From assembly GCA_947168485.1 (NCBI GenBank), contig CAMVLZ010000006.1, positions 1-58,226 of the forward strand: a DNA stretch of 58,226 bases, given 5' to 3'. The position numbers and the translations under genes were made by a program. The notes below the pieces were generated by a model. That model searched no databases. It worked only from the letters and a program-made list of their open reading frames with translations, and had not been told where the DNA came from. This DNA is from an uncultured Bacillota bacterium (GTDB lineage Bacteria > Bacillota_I > Bacilli_A > RF39 > UBA660). Below, one piece after another: positions 41,846 through 53,061 of the stretch. Each line of letters opens with the position of its first letter. Within the stretch, counting starts at the first letter, position 1.

Positions 41846-43711
41846 ATGGCGCAAAATACTGTAAATAAGACAACTAATACAAATCAGCCTGTTAATAATT
41901 TACAACCTACACAACAAGTCCAAAACACTGTACAAACTAATACAAATGCCCAAGCAAAAGGTGTTCAACAACAGGTAAATGGTCAAAAGCCAGGTGCTCA
42001 ACAACCACAAACTCAAGCTCGACTTGTAGATCCTGCCGGTCCTCAATATGATGTTAAGACGGTAACAAAGGGTGTCGAGTCTTTTATGGTGTCTTTTAAC
42101 TTTGCTAAAACCCCTATTACTCAAATTGCTGATTATATAATTACTCAAGCTTCTAAACATAATGCGTCAGATATCCACTTCGATCCTAGAGAAGATGGTA
42201 TGATGGTTAGATTTAGAATAGATGGTGATTTACAAGATTATACTTTTATACCTTTAGCGTATGAAAGAAATCTTACTACTCGTTTAAAATTATTAGCTAA
42301 TATGAATATTACTGAATCTCGTTTACCTCAAGATGGTGCGATTAAAGGTACTTTTGGTGGAACTTATTTAGATATGCGTGTTTCTGCTCTACCACTTAAT
42401 GAAGGTGAAAAGATAGTTATTCGTATTTTAGATTATACACGTAGTTTACAAGGTGTTGATACACTTGGATTTAATGAAGCAAACTTAATAAAATTAAAAC
42501 GTATGATGGGTATTCCGAATGGTATTATTCTAACTACAGGAGCAACTGGTTCTGGTAAATCAACTACTACTTATTCTGTTTTACAAGAATTAAATAAGCC
42601 TGAAGTTAATATAATTACTGTAGAAGATCCGATAGAAATGAATATTGAAGGTATAAATCAAGTTCAAGTTAATGCTGAAATTGGAATGACTTTTGCTGCG
42701 GCATTACGTTCTATCTTACGTCAAGACCCTAACGTTATACTTATCGGAGAAATTCGTGACTCTGAAACTGCTCAAATTGCTGTACGTTCAGCCATAACAG
42801 GACACTTAGTTCTTTCTACAATCCATACTAACAACTCACTTGCAACTGTTGAACGTTTATTAGATATGGATGTTGAGCGTTACTTATTATCTACCGCAAT
42901 GGTTGGTATTATTTCTCAAAGACTTGCTAAGAAGTTATGTCCTAATTGTCATATTATGAGAGATGCTACTCCATATGAAAAGAAAGTATTTAAAACATTC
43001 TTAAATAAAGATATTATTCAATTACCTGATGCTAATCCTAAGGGATGTGAAAAATGTCGTAAAGGTTATAAAGGACGTATTGCTATTCATGAAGTATTAG
43101 AATTTGATGATGAATTAAGAAGTGCTCTTAACAATTCTAATTTAACTAAAGAAGAATTAGCTCAAATGGTATATAATGGTAAAACAATTACTTTACTACA
43201 AGATGGTTTAGGTAAAATACTTGAAAATCTAACTTCTTTTGAAGAAGTATATCGTGTTATAGAAATTGAAACAGATAATCCTCAAGAAGATGCATTATAT
43301 GGACAAAATTTAACTACATCTTTAGAGAAGAATAATAATACTAATCAAAATGGTCCACTTGAGACTGTTCAAGATAAAGTTAAAAATGATAATATACAAA
43401 GTGCTGCGACTAATGTAACTGCTGGTGCTGCTACAAGTAATACTCCTACTCCTCAACCTACTACTGATGAAAAGATTGAAACATTAGAAGAAAAACCTAC
43501 TAATGAGACAGGAAGTGAGGTTACTAAAGCTACTACTTCAGTTTCAAATGAAATAATTAATAAGCCTGTTGAGTCAGTTGTTTCAGCAATACCAGAATTA
43601 AACTTAGATACTCCTAAGAAAGAAAATGAATTTGAAATACCTGATAGTTTAAAGTCTAGTGAAATTAGCAATAGTGCTCCATCATCTTTCTTAAATATTA
43701 AAATACAATAA
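41846..43711 (+). CDS. pilB: Type IV pilus/T2SS assembly ATPase (PilB/GspE family)
   Basis: ASDIH, RLPQDG, GATGSGKS, LRQDPNVILIGEIRD, TGHLVLSTIH and CPNC...CEKC motifs. Confidence 0.9.
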   Translation: MAQNTVNKTTNTNQPVNNLQPTQQVQNTVQTNTNAQAKGVQQQVNGQKPGAQQPQTQARLVDPAGPQYDVKTVTKGVESFMVSFNFAKTPITQIADYIITQASKHNASDIHFDPREDGMMVRFRIDGDLQDYTFIPLAYERNLTTRLKLLANMNITESRLPQDGAIKGTFGGTYLDMRVSALPLNEGEKIVIRILDYTRSLQGVDTLGFNEANLIKLKRMMGIPNGIILTTGATGSGKSTTTYSVLQELNKPEVNIITVEDPIEMNIEGINQVQVNAEIGMTFAAALRSILRQDPNVILIGEIRDSETAQIAVRSAITGHLVLSTIHTNNSLATVERLLDMDVERYLLSTAMVGIISQRLAKKLCPNCHIMRDATPYEKKVFKTFLNKDIIQLPDANPKGCEKCRKGYKGRIAIHEVLEFDDELRSALNNSNLTKEELAQMVYNGKTITLLQDGLGKILENLTSFEEVYRVIEIETDNPQEDALYGQNLTTSLEKNNNTNQNGPLETVQDKVKNDNIQSAATNVTAGAATSNTPTPQPTTDEKIETLEEKPTNETGSEVTKATTSVSNEIINKPVESVVSAIPELNLDTPKKENEFEIPDSLKSSEISNSAPSSFLNIKIQ

Positions 43712-43723
43712 AAAAACAAAGAA

Positions 43724-44398
43724 TTAATTATTCTTTGTTTTTATTATGTTATAAATTTCATCATTTATATCTTCTATAGTTCTTATTTTATTATCTTTAA
43801 TACATTCTACTTTAGACCAATTATATAATTCAGATAATTCTATATAACATTCTTCTGATTGACGAAGATAATTTTCATCTTTCTCATGCTCATCTATAGA
43901 TTCTCTATTCTTCCTTAATTCTAGAGAATATTTTAATGGCATATGTAAAAATATTGTTAGATCAGGTTTTGGTAATCTTAGTAACCAGTATTCTAATTTA
44001 TCAATCCATTGATACATATTAAATCTCTCATCTGGATCAGTTATTTTACTACCTTGATGCGCTAAATTAGAAGTTGTATATCTATCTAATATTACATAAT
44101 ATCCTTTTTCTAAGTATTCTTCTATTTTCTTCATATTATATTTTCTATCAGCAGCATAATATAGGCAAATTACATGAGGATCTACATTTACTGCTCCTTC
44201 GTCAAAATATGATTCAGATATTTCTTCTTTACCAAGATAAGGTCCTCCTACTATTTTACCTGTAGGTGTATCATACATTGGAAAAGAAAACCTAATACAT
44301 TTAATCTTATCTTTTTTTAATCTTTCTTCTAATAATTTACTTTGAGTTTCTTTTCCAGAACAATCAGTTCCTTCTATAACTATAATTTTACCTTTCAT
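43724..44398 (-). CDS. tmk: Thymidylate kinase
   Basis: IVIEGTDCSGKETQ, YAADR, LDRYTTSN and PDLTIFL motifs. Confidence 0.85.
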   Translation of the reverse strand: MKGKIIVIEGTDCSGKETQSKLLEERLKKDKIKCIRFSFPMYDTPTGKIVGGPYLGKEEISESYFDEGAVNVDPHVICLYYAADRKYNMKKIEEYLEKGYYVILDRYTTSNLAHQGSKITDPDERFNMYQWIDKLEYWLLRLPKPDLTIFLHMPLKYSLELRKNRESIDEHEKDENYLRQSEECYIELSELYNWSKVECIKDNKIRTIEDINDEIYNIIKTKNN

Positions 44399-44406
44399 AA
44401 ATCCTC

Positions 44407-44985
44407 CTATGCATCAATATTATTATCTTTATCAAATGGTACTAGTAAGCATTTTCTACTTGCTAGATAATCACACATATGAACAAAGTTTTGATACTTA
44501 GTTTTAGGAGGCTCTAATACTTCATTACCATTATAATCAGTAGTCCATGGACCCATATGAGTCTTTATAACATCTGCCATAAATTGTGCATCTTCACTTG
44601 ATAATTCTAATTCTTCATTATTATCTTTAATGAAGTTTGCCATTAATATTGGATGATCAAATCTTGTATACTTTTCTTCTGGATTTCCTAATTTTAATCC
44701 ATCATGTACTAATAATGACATTAACATTAAATCTTTTTCATGATTTGTATATTTATCACCTATTGAAGGATTTGATAGTAATTCTTGCCCTATTCTCATC
44801 GCAGCTTTAGAATGTCTTAATAATCCACCTTCTCCTTGAGCATATTCAGGATGATATTTACCAGTTGAAGCTGCTGGTACATGAAACCAATATTCAGGTA
44901 AATTATCTATTATTAATAATAAAGACTCTTTTAATTTAGGATCTTTAATAAAACTTAATTCTTTAGTAAATTGTTCTTCATACAT
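44407..44985 (-). CDS. HD-domain phosphohydrolase
   Basis: ASTGKYHP, GGLLRH, LLVHD, HMGPW and HMCDYLASR motifs. Confidence 0.8.
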   Translation of the reverse strand: MYEEQFTKELSFIKDPKLKESLLLIIDNLPEYWFHVPAASTGKYHPEYAQGEGGLLRHSKAAMRIGQELLSNPSIGDKYTNHEKDLMLMSLLVHDGLKLGNPEEKYTRFDHPILMANFIKDNNEELELSSEDAQFMADVIKTHMGPWTTDYNGNEVLEPPKTKYQNFVHMCDYLASRKCLLVPFDKDNNIDA

Positions 44986-46083
44986 TCATATCACTTCCAT
45001 TAATAATTGTACTATTATGTTATTACTAATATACCATAAATTTTCTGGTATATAAAGATGATTATCTTTTTCAATAAGAAGACCTTTTTCTATTAATTTA
45101 TTATAATTATAATATTTAGATAAAGGATTATTATATTTAGTATTAAATTTATTAAGATTTATTCCTTCTTTTAATCTTAAGTTTAATAATACTTCATACT
45201 CTATTTTATCTTTTGTAGTTAAATACTCTATTGATTTAGAATTAATGTAATTAGAATCTAAATATTTAGTTATTGATCTAGTTTTAGTATATCTAGTATT
45301 TTCTATATATCCAGCTGCACTAAGACCAAAACCATAGTATTCTTCATTATGCCAATAAACTAAATTATGCTTAGATTCATATCCCTTTTTAGCAAAATTA
45401 CTTATTTCATAATGATTATATTCAGTTAATTTGTCACATATAAGTTTATACATTTTTTCATCTAACTCTTCATCTATTGGTTTAGTATCATTAATACTTA
45501 GTTTAGTATGATCTTCTATAATTAATGAATAAGTTGATATATGAGGAATATCTAAATCTATAATAAAATCTATATCTTTCTCAAGTACATTTAAAGTTTC
45601 ATTAGGTAGAGCATACATTAAATCTACATTAATATTACTTAGTTCTATTGTTTTACAATACTTAATTATTTCTTTAACTTTGGTTATTGCCAAGGATCTT
45701 TCTAGGAATGATAGATTATCTTTATTAATAGATTCTAATCCAAAACTTATTCTATTTATACCTACTTGTTTAAATAAATCTAGTTTTTCTTTTGTTATAG
45801 AATCAAAATTACATTCTATTGTGTATTCATAATCATTATCTTTCTTTAATATAGATAATATATTAAATAATTCTTTTAATTCTTTTATATTTAGAGAAGA
45901 TGGTGTTCCTCCTCCTATATAGATTGTTTTTAATAATTCATTATTATATGTTGATTCTATATCTTGTTTTAATTCATTTAAGTATTTATTAACTATGGTT
46001 GAATCATAATATATTTTAGAAAAGTCACAATATGAGCAAATATTATTACAAAAAGGTATATGTATGTAAGCAGAAGATATCAT
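44986..46083 (-). CDS. hemW: Radical SAM heme chaperone HemW (HemN-like)
   Basis: [28 protein letters not shown] and HNLVYW motifs; downstream of lepA. Confidence 0.9.
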   Translation of the reverse strand: MISSAYIHIPFCNNICSYCDFSKIYYDSTIVNKYLNELKQDIESTYNNELLKTIYIGGGTPSSLNIKELKELFNILSILKKDNDYEYTIECNFDSITKEKLDLFKQVGINRISFGLESINKDNLSFLERSLAITKVKEIIKYCKTIELSNINVDLMYALPNETLNVLEKDIDFIIDLDIPHISTYSLIIEDHTKLSINDTKPIDEELDEKMYKLICDKLTEYNHYEISNFAKKGYESKHNLVYWHNEEYYGFGLSAAGYIENTRYTKTRSITKYLDSNYINSKSIEYLTTKDKIEYEVLLNLRLKEGINLNKFNTKYNNPLSKYYNYNKLIEKGLLIEKDNHLYIPENLWYISNNIIVQLLMEVI

Positions 46084-47879
46084 TTATTATCTCCTGTTGA
46101 AAGAATAGATAAAAATGCTTCTTGAGGTAGTTCTACACTACCTACTTTTTTCATTCTCTTTTTACCTTCTTTTTGTTTTTCTAATAATTTTTTCTTTCTA
46201 GTAATATCTCCTCCGTAGCATTTAGCAAGTACATCTTTTCTTAGAGCTTTTACTGTTGATCGAGATATTATCTTATTACCAAGTGATGCTTGAATTGGTA
46301 CTTCAAATAATTGTCTTGGTATAACTTCTTTTAATCTGTCTACTATTTCTCTTCCTCTATTATAAGCAAAATCTTTAAATACTATTACTGATAAAGCATC
46401 TACTATTTCACCATTAATTAGGATATCCATTTTTACTAATTTTGATTCTTCATATCCAGTTATATCATAATCAAATGAAGCATATCCTTTAGTACATGAT
46501 TTTAATCTATCAAAGAAATCAAATACCATTTCTGATAATGGTAATTTATAGTCTATTTGTACTCTTGTTGTATCTATATAATCCATATTTATGAAAGTAC
46601 CTCGTTTATCTTGACATAATTTCATAATATCTCCTATATAGTCTGATGGTGAGAAGATTGATGCTTTTACAAATGGTTCTTTTGTTAGTTTTATTTTTTC
46701 ATTTTTAGGCATTTTATATGGAGCATCTACTTCTATTTCTTCTCCACTTGTTAATAAAACTTTATAAATAACTGATGGAGATGTTGCGATTAAGTCTATA
46801 TTGAATTCTCTTTGTACTCTTTCTTCTATTATTTCCATATGTAACATACCTAGGAAACCTACTCTAAATCCAAATCCTAGTGCTGCGGATGTTTCTGGTT
46901 CAAATGATAGAGCTGAATCATTTAATTGAAGTTTTTCTAGGGCTTCTCTTAAATCATCAAACTTAGTTGGATCTATTGGATAAAGTCCTGAGAAAACAGT
47001 TGCTTTCATGGGTTTATATCCTGGTAGAGGTGTATCTGCAGGATTCTTTTTAGTAGTTATTGTATCTCCTACGTGAATATCTTTAATACTTTTAATTGAA
47101 GCATATATATAACCTACTTCTCCTGGTGATAGTGATTTTACTTTCTTTTCATATGGAGTATCTATTGATATACCTAATACTTCATATGTTGCTGATGTTT
47201 TCATCATTAGAATCTCATCACCTACATTTATTTTTCCATCTACTACTCTAACACTAGTTATTATTCCTCTATATGTATCAAATTTAGAATCAAATATTAA
47301 TGCTTTTAGAGGAGCTTTTTCATCTCCTTTTGGAGATGGAATCTTTTTTATTACTTCTTTTAATAATTCTTCTACTCCTTCACCTGTTTTTCCTGATGTT
47401 AATATTATTTCTTGTTTATCAAATCCAATGTTTTCTAATTCTTCTATACATTTATCAGGATTAGCACTTGGTAAATCTATTTTATTAATTACTGGAATTA
47501 TAGTTAAATTATTATCTAGAGCTAAATATAAATTAGCTAGTGTTTGTGCTTGAACACCTTGAGTTGCATCCACTACTAAAATTGCTCCTTCACAAGCAGC
47601 TAATGATCTTGATACTTCATACGAAAAATCTACATGACCTGGTGTATCAATTAAATTTAAATAGTATTCTTCATCTCCATAATTATATGTTATTTGTACA
47701 GCATTTAATTTTATTGTAATACCACGTTCTCTTTCAATATCCATGTCATCTAGCATTTGAGACTTTAAATCTCTTGCCTCTATCGCATTAGTTTTTTCTA
47801 ATATTCTATCAGCTAGAGTTGATTTTCCATGATCTATGTGAGCAATTATACAAAAATTTCTTATGTTTTCTCTTTTCAT
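46080..47879 (-). CDS. lepA: Elongation factor 4 (LepA)
   Basis: [22 protein letters not shown] and [25 protein letters not shown] motifs. Confidence 0.98.
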   Translation of the reverse strand: MKRENIRNFCIIAHIDHGKSTLADRILEKTNAIEARDLKSQMLDDMDIERERGITIKLNAVQITYNYGDEEYYLNLIDTPGHVDFSYEVSRSLAACEGAILVVDATQGVQAQTLANLYLALDNNLTIIPVINKIDLPSANPDKCIEELENIGFDKQEIILTSGKTGEGVEELLKEVIKKIPSPKGDEKAPLKALIFDSKFDTYRGIITSVRVVDGKINVGDEILMMKTSATYEVLGISIDTPYEKKVKSLSPGEVGYIYASIKSIKDIHVGDTITTKKNPADTPLPGYKPMKATVFSGLYPIDPTKFDDLREALEKLQLNDSALSFEPETSAALGFGFRVGFLGMLHMEIIEERVQREFNIDLIATSPSVIYKVLLTSGEEIEVDAPYKMPKNEKIKLTKEPFVKASIFSPSDYIGDIMKLCQDKRGTFINMDYIDTTRVQIDYKLPLSEMVFDFFDRLKSCTKGYASFDYDITGYEESKLVKMDILINGEIVDALSVIVFKDFAYNRGREIVDRLKEVIPRQLFEVPIQASLGNKIISRSTVKALRKDVLAKCYGGDITRKKKLLEKQKEGKKRMKKVGSVELPQEAFLSILSTGDNK

Positions 47880-47937
47880 TTGGTGCTCCTTTCAAGTTAT
47901 TTAATTATATCAAAAGTAGACAAATATTTCTACTTGT

Positions 47938-48924
47938 CTACTCACTATATTTTATTTTACTAGATTTAAATACATATGTTCCTTCACTAGACTTTTTAAA
48001 TCTATAAATAATTTTAGAATGTTTTTCAAATTCATTGAAATCTAATTGAGTATCTGCACTTACTCCTTGTTTTTCTCCTATTTTAACAGTTTTCTCATAA
48101 TCTTTATATAAACCACATGTATATGTTTTAGATTTATTTTCTGTACATTGAGTATAAATAATATTTTCTACTAGTTCTATTTCATTTTCATTTACTTGAG
48201 TAGCTTTAGTTAATTCAGAGAAGTATTTCTTTGCGATTGGTTTTAATTCTTGTCTAGGATTCTTTTTATTAAAGTAAATACTATATTTATTTAGAGATTC
48301 ATCATAAGTTAAAAATCCACTATTATTACCTTTTTTATCTACTTCTAGGAAAGTATAATATATATTTACTTTTTTATCATATGTAATATCATCTCCAAAG
48401 AATTTATTCATATAACCAGATATTTTTTCCATATTTAATGTATATTTTTCTAATTGATTATCTCCATTTGTACCTGTATTAAAGAAATCATTATTTTGAA
48501 TAAATGATAATGCATAATAGAATTTATCATAATTACTAAAGTCTTTTATAGTAACATTAGGTTCTTTTATAAATTTATCATATCTTATTCCATTCATACC
48601 ATAAGTTACTCTTGAATATAATTCTTGTACTTGTGAACTCTTTATATCTAGATTAGTATTAACTTCTTTTGGTTTTTCTTTAGGATTAAATATCAAATAT
48701 ACAATAAAGAATACTAATAAACCTACTACTACTGATACTGTTATTATTACTATTAAAGAAAACTTTTTATTAGCAGTATTATCTTCTGCTTTGTTTTCTA
48801 ATTCATTACCAAATGTCTCATCTTGAGGAGTTTCTTCTTCTGTAGGTGTATCAAAAGATATTGTATCTTGTTCATCTCCTAGATCTTCATCTAAATCTTC
48901 ATCTTTAAATTCAAATTCATCCAT
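47938..48924 (-). CDS. Membrane-anchored surface protein (acidic N-terminus, one TM); paralog of 7522-8412 and 55282-56151
   Basis: TM then LDIKSSQVQELY...SNYDKF...IIYRFKK...YVFKSSKI. Confidence 0.8.
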   Translation of the reverse strand: MDEFEFKDEDLDEDLGDEQDTISFDTPTEEETPQDETFGNELENKAEDNTANKKFSLIVIITVSVVVGLLVFFIVYLIFNPKEKPKEVNTNLDIKSSQVQELYSRVTYGMNGIRYDKFIKEPNVTIKDFSNYDKFYYALSFIQNNDFFNTGTNGDNQLEKYTLNMEKISGYMNKFFGDDITYDKKVNIYYTFLEVDKKGNNSGFLTYDESLNKYSIYFNKKNPRQELKPIAKKYFSELTKATQVNENEIELVENIIYTQCTENKSKTYTCGLYKDYEKTVKIGEKQGVSADTQLDFNEFEKHSKIIYRFKKSSEGTYVFKSSKIKYSE

Positions 48925-48983
48925 AATAATTAACTCCTATCTTATTCTAATAATATAATAACATAAAAATTAAAAAAAGAATA

Positions 48984-50246
48984 TTAAATATTCTTTTCTA
49001 ATATACAAATATTTTTATTATTTAGATCTATCTTTTTAATAATAGATAGAAATTCTTTATAATTCAATGATTTAATTATATCGATAATATCATATATAGG
49101 TTTATCATATTTATTTATAAAACTAGTTAATACACCTGACATATAATATTCATCACAACTACTAGCGATTATATCAGCTACAAAGACTTTTTTCTTTCTA
49201 TTAAATGTATTTTCATCGGGAATTAGTTTTAATGTATTATCTATCTCTTTTACTAATTTATCTATTTTATTAGAATCTGCGACTACATTAAGTGTTGTGA
49301 AATTATCTATATCATCTGTAAATACATTAATTCCTTTAAATGTGTTATCTTCAAAGTTTCTTAAATAAAAGTCTTCTGTTTGTGATAATAGTGTATCTAA
49401 GTATAAAGATAGATATATATCTAATTTATAATCTGGTAATTTCTTTAGATTATCTTTATTAATCTTAATAGTATAGATTAATTTATTCATTTCTACATTA
49501 CGTTTAATTATAGTTTTATTCTTTATAACTTTGTCTTTTTCATCTATTTCTTTTCTTTTGATATCTTCACTTCTTTTGATATGATCCATCTTTTTATGTA
49601 TTATTTCCATAGCATCATCTATTTTGAATTTACCTGTTATTACTATATGCATGTTATTTGGTACATAAAACGTGTTATAACAGTCATATAATATCTTAGG
49701 AGTAATCTTACTTATTGATTCAATTGATCCTGCGACAGGGTCTTTATAGCCTGAAAATGAGAATACATTTCTTCTTGATTCTTCTACTAAGTTTATAAAG
49801 AAATTATCTTGTCTCATTTTTATTTCTTCTGCGATAATACCTTGTTCTTTATTAATATTTTCTTCTGTAAAATATGGAGCATTTACAAAAGATATTAAAT
49901 ATTCTAAATCATCTTTAAAGTTTCTATTACCTTCACATAAATAAGTAGTATTAAAGTAAGAAGTATATGCATTAACATAAGATGAATTCATTGAGAAATG
50001 AGAATGTACATCTTCTCCTGATTCTTGCTCAAACATTTTATGTTCTAAGAAATGGGCTACTCCACTAGGATTAGTAATCAATTTATTATGTTTATAATAC
50101 TTAGTATCAACTGATCCATATTTAGTAGTATAAGTTACTTTATAATTATTAACATTTTCCATTGGTAATAAGTATACTCTTAATCCATTATCTAGAGTTT
50201 CTTCATATAATGTTAAATCTAAGTTATTTAATTCTGTCTTCTTCAT
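48984..50246 (-). CDS. M16 family zinc peptidase (YmfH-like, active subunit)
   Basis: GVAHFLEHKMF inverted zinc motif, NAYTS, EQGIIAEEI. Confidence 0.9.
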   Translation of the reverse strand: MKKTELNNLDLTLYEETLDNGLRVYLLPMENVNNYKVTYTTKYGSVDTKYYKHNKLITNPSGVAHFLEHKMFEQESGEDVHSHFSMNSSYVNAYTSYFNTTYLCEGNRNFKDDLEYLISFVNAPYFTEENINKEQGIIAEEIKMRQDNFFINLVEESRRNVFSFSGYKDPVAGSIESISKITPKILYDCYNTFYVPNNMHIVITGKFKIDDAMEIIHKKMDHIKRSEDIKRKEIDEKDKVIKNKTIIKRNVEMNKLIYTIKINKDNLKKLPDYKLDIYLSLYLDTLLSQTEDFYLRNFEDNTFKGINVFTDDIDNFTTLNVVADSNKIDKLVKEIDNTLKLIPDENTFNRKKKVFVADIIASSCDEYYMSGVLTSFINKYDKPIYDIIDIIKSLNYKEFLSIIKKIDLNNKNICILEKNI

Positions 50247-51501
50247 TTTTAACACCTTCTAAGAAATAAATACTTTCTAATTTTATTTTTTTCATTACTT
50301 TTGATATATCATTTTTATTAGTATTTATAACATTATTAATAATTTCTTCTTTATCCATTAATCCTAATGTATATGTTTGTGTCATATAATTTTTTAATGT
50401 ATTAGATGACATATCTATATTTTCATAATAATTAATTACTTGATTTTTCTTATCTTCTAATATTTGATCAGTAAAATTTTGTTTTTGTATATCTTTTATT
50501 GTTTCTTTAATTAATTTTTTAACTTTATCATAATTTTCTTTAGATATAAATGTAGATATACATAAAATATTATCATAATATGAGTAAGAACATCCTATTG
50601 CATAACATAGAGAGTGTTTTTCTCTTACTTTAGTAAATAATAAACTTGGTGTATTTCCTAGTATTAGAGAAGCTATTTTAGCAGCAAAGAATCGTTCTTT
50701 AGTACTTATATTATCAAATTTATAATATATTTTTAGTATTGATTGCTCATAATCAAGTTCTTCTTTAGTAGTTTTAACTTTCTTAATTATTTTATCATTT
50801 ACTAATATATTAGTATTCTTCTTACTTATTATATTAATCTTATCAAAATTCTTTTTAATTAAAGAAGATATTTTATTCATAGTAATGTTTCCTACTACAT
50901 AGAAATCAAATAAGTTAGTCTTAATCATCTTTTTATAATAACTATATAGAGATTTACCATCTATTTTATCTAAATCTTCTACATAACCTTGTAATCTATA
51001 TGAAGTTATAGATGTAGGATCATGTTCTTCTATACCTCTGGTACTTGCATAATTTCTAGGATTTTCTTTTATATTTTCAATACTTATTCTTAATCTTTCT
51101 TTATATAAATCTACTATTTTATCATCAAATGAATTATTATTAATCTTTGGATTAAATATAATATCATTCAATAGAGATAGTGATTTATTAAAATTATCTT
51201 CTTCAGTATATTTATCTTCTAAACAAGATAAAGTAAATTCTGTAATTATATGTTTTCCTGTTCTAAAAGTATTTTGATTTATGATTGCGGAATATAAGTC
51301 TTCTAATTTAATACATAAATCTTTAGGATTATCATAACTATTACTAGAATGAAATAATACTGAGAATAGTATTAATCTTTGAGTTATTTCTTCTTTTTTT
51401 ATTGGAGTTTTTATATCTAAATATAATTCTATAGTTTTAAATTTTTTAATATTACATAAATTAATTGTATATGAGTTATAATCTTTTGTTTCAAATTTCA
51501 T
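50224..51501 (-). CDS. M16 family peptidase, inactive subunit (YmfF-like)
   Basis: KKFKT, LEDLYSA and SLLFTKVREKHSLCY motifs; no HxxEH. Confidence 0.85.
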   Translation of the reverse strand: MKFETKDYNSYTINLCNIKKFKTIELYLDIKTPIKKEEITQRLILFSVLFHSSNSYDNPKDLCIKLEDLYSAIINQNTFRTGKHIITEFTLSCLEDKYTEEDNFNKSLSLLNDIIFNPKINNNSFDDKIVDLYKERLRISIENIKENPRNYASTRGIEEHDPTSITSYRLQGYVEDLDKIDGKSLYSYYKKMIKTNLFDFYVVGNITMNKISSLIKKNFDKINIISKKNTNILVNDKIIKKVKTTKEELDYEQSILKIYYKFDNISTKERFFAAKIASLILGNTPSLLFTKVREKHSLCYAIGCSYSYYDNILCISTFISKENYDKVKKLIKETIKDIQKQNFTDQILEDKKNQVINYYENIDMSSNTLKNYMTQTYTLGLMDKEEIINNVINTNKNDISKVMKKIKLESIYFLEGVKNEEDRIK

Positions 51502-52220
51502 TATTCATTTAATAGAGATTCTAATGCTAGAACTATCATCTCATTTAATCCTTTCTCTCTTTCATCTGAAGAAATTTCTCTTTTATCAAATAAAGAATCT
51601 ACTACTGTCATAAGAGCAGTTGCTTCTACATTAAATTTTTTAGCTAAAAAGAATAAAGCAAATGCTTCCATTTCTAATCCTAGGCATGATTTATCTGTAA
51701 AATTAGATCTAAATGTAGCCATATCATCACAATATAGATCAAATACATCACTTGTAATAGTTTTACCTATTTTTAAATCTATATTTAAATCTTTTGATGT
51801 TTTTGTAATTTTATCATTTAATGATTTATTAGATTCAATATAGTTTATATCAGTATTATCTAGTAATTTAGGGAAATAAGTATAACTATAACTACCTGTT
51901 GATAGAATTACATCTTGTAATTTAATATTTTCATTAAAAGAACCACATGTTCCTATTCTTATGATTTTCTTTACATTATAATAATTTATTAATTCATATG
52001 CATATATTCCCATAGATGGTATACCCATTCCTGATGATGCGATAGTTACTTTTACTCCTTTATAATATCCTGTATAAAAATACATATTTCTAACATCGTT
52101 AACTAATCTATAATCATCTAAAAAGTTTTCAGCTATATATTTAGCTCTTAGAGGATCTCCTGGCATTAATACTAATGGAGCTATTTCATAGTCTTCTGAT
52201 TCAATATGTGGTGTTTTCAT
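51501..52220 (-). CDS. deoD: Purine nucleoside phosphorylase DeoD-type
   Basis: TPHI, MPGDPLRAKYIAE, GMGIPS, IRIGTCGS and LEMEA motifs. Confidence 0.95.
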   Translation of the reverse strand: MKTPHIESEDYEIAPLVLMPGDPLRAKYIAENFLDDYRLVNDVRNMYFYTGYYKGVKVTIASSGMGIPSMGIYAYELINYYNVKKIIRIGTCGSFNENIKLQDVILSTGSYSYTYFPKLLDNTDINYIESNKSLNDKITKTSKDLNIDLKIGKTITSDVFDLYCDDMATFRSNFTDKSCLGLEMEAFALFFLAKKFNVEATALMTVVDSLFDKREISSDEREKGLNEMIVLALESLLNE

Positions 52221-52288
52221 AACAACCCTCCTTATCTATCTTGATTATATCAAAATTACTTATAAAAAAAAAGAATTGATAAACAATT

Positions 52289-52735
52289 CTATTTTAAATC
52301 TATTTCTACTTTAGCTATACTTGTAGCATCTTGTGGTAATTGAAAATCTAATTTATCACTTTGTCCTGGTAAATATGTTTTAAATACATTTAATGTTGTA
52401 GTATAAATAATATTTTCACTAGAATCATAAACGTTTATATCAGCTTTTTCTATATATACTGATGATGTACCTGAGTTTTGAATTGTATAGAATAATTGTG
52501 CTGGAGCAGATGTATTAACTATTGTTAATCTAGGATGAAATACTTTGTTTAGATATTCATCATTTGCGACTGTAGAGATAGCTTTTTCTTCTGCGACTGG
52601 TTGTGTGTTAGCTAAATCTACTTGTAGATCTCTAACATAATATCCTATTCCTAAACCTACTGTTAATGTTACTACTGAAAATATTCCCATTATTTTGAAT
52701 ATTGTATTTAATTCTTTATTTCCTTTTACTTTCAT
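52289..52735 (-). CDS. Single-TM protein with an Ig-like (FxLYD-like) extracellular domain
   Basis: TM then YTIQNSG...INVYDSSENII...LPGQS pattern. Confidence 0.6.
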   Translation of the reverse strand: MKVKGNKELNTIFKIMGIFSVVTLTVGLGIGYYVRDLQVDLANTQPVAEEKAISTVANDEYLNKVFHPRLTIVNTSAPAQLFYTIQNSGTSSVYIEKADINVYDSSENIIYTTTLNVFKTYLPGQSDKLDFQLPQDATSIAKVEIDLK

Positions 52736-52839
52736 ATTATCACCTATCTTTATTTTAATTATATAAGTGATATAGTAAATTTACAATACTTATTATGTCT
52801 ATTTACGTAGTAGTTTACAAAAAAAGAGTCAATTGACTC

Positions 52840-53049
52840 TTATTGATATTTTTCCATAGCTTTCATCATTTGATTAATTTGTTTCTTATTAGGTTTTCTA
52901 CCCATTTGTGTCATTAGAGCAGTAATCATTTCTTCATTGATTGGTGGGTTTTCTTTGATATATTTTTTTGTTAAATGTCTAGATACAAAGAAACCTATGA
53001 TTGCTCCTAATAATAAACCTACTACTATTAATAAAATATCATGTAACAT
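52840..53049 (-). CDS. YneF/UPF0154 family protein
   Basis: NPPINEEMI..LM.QMGRKP; tkt-yneF synteny. Confidence 0.92.
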   Translation of the reverse strand: MLHDILLIVVGLLLGAIIGFFVSRHLTKKYIKENPPINEEMITALMTQMGRKPNKKQINQMMKAMEKYQ

Positions 53050-53061
53050 AAAATCTCTCCT

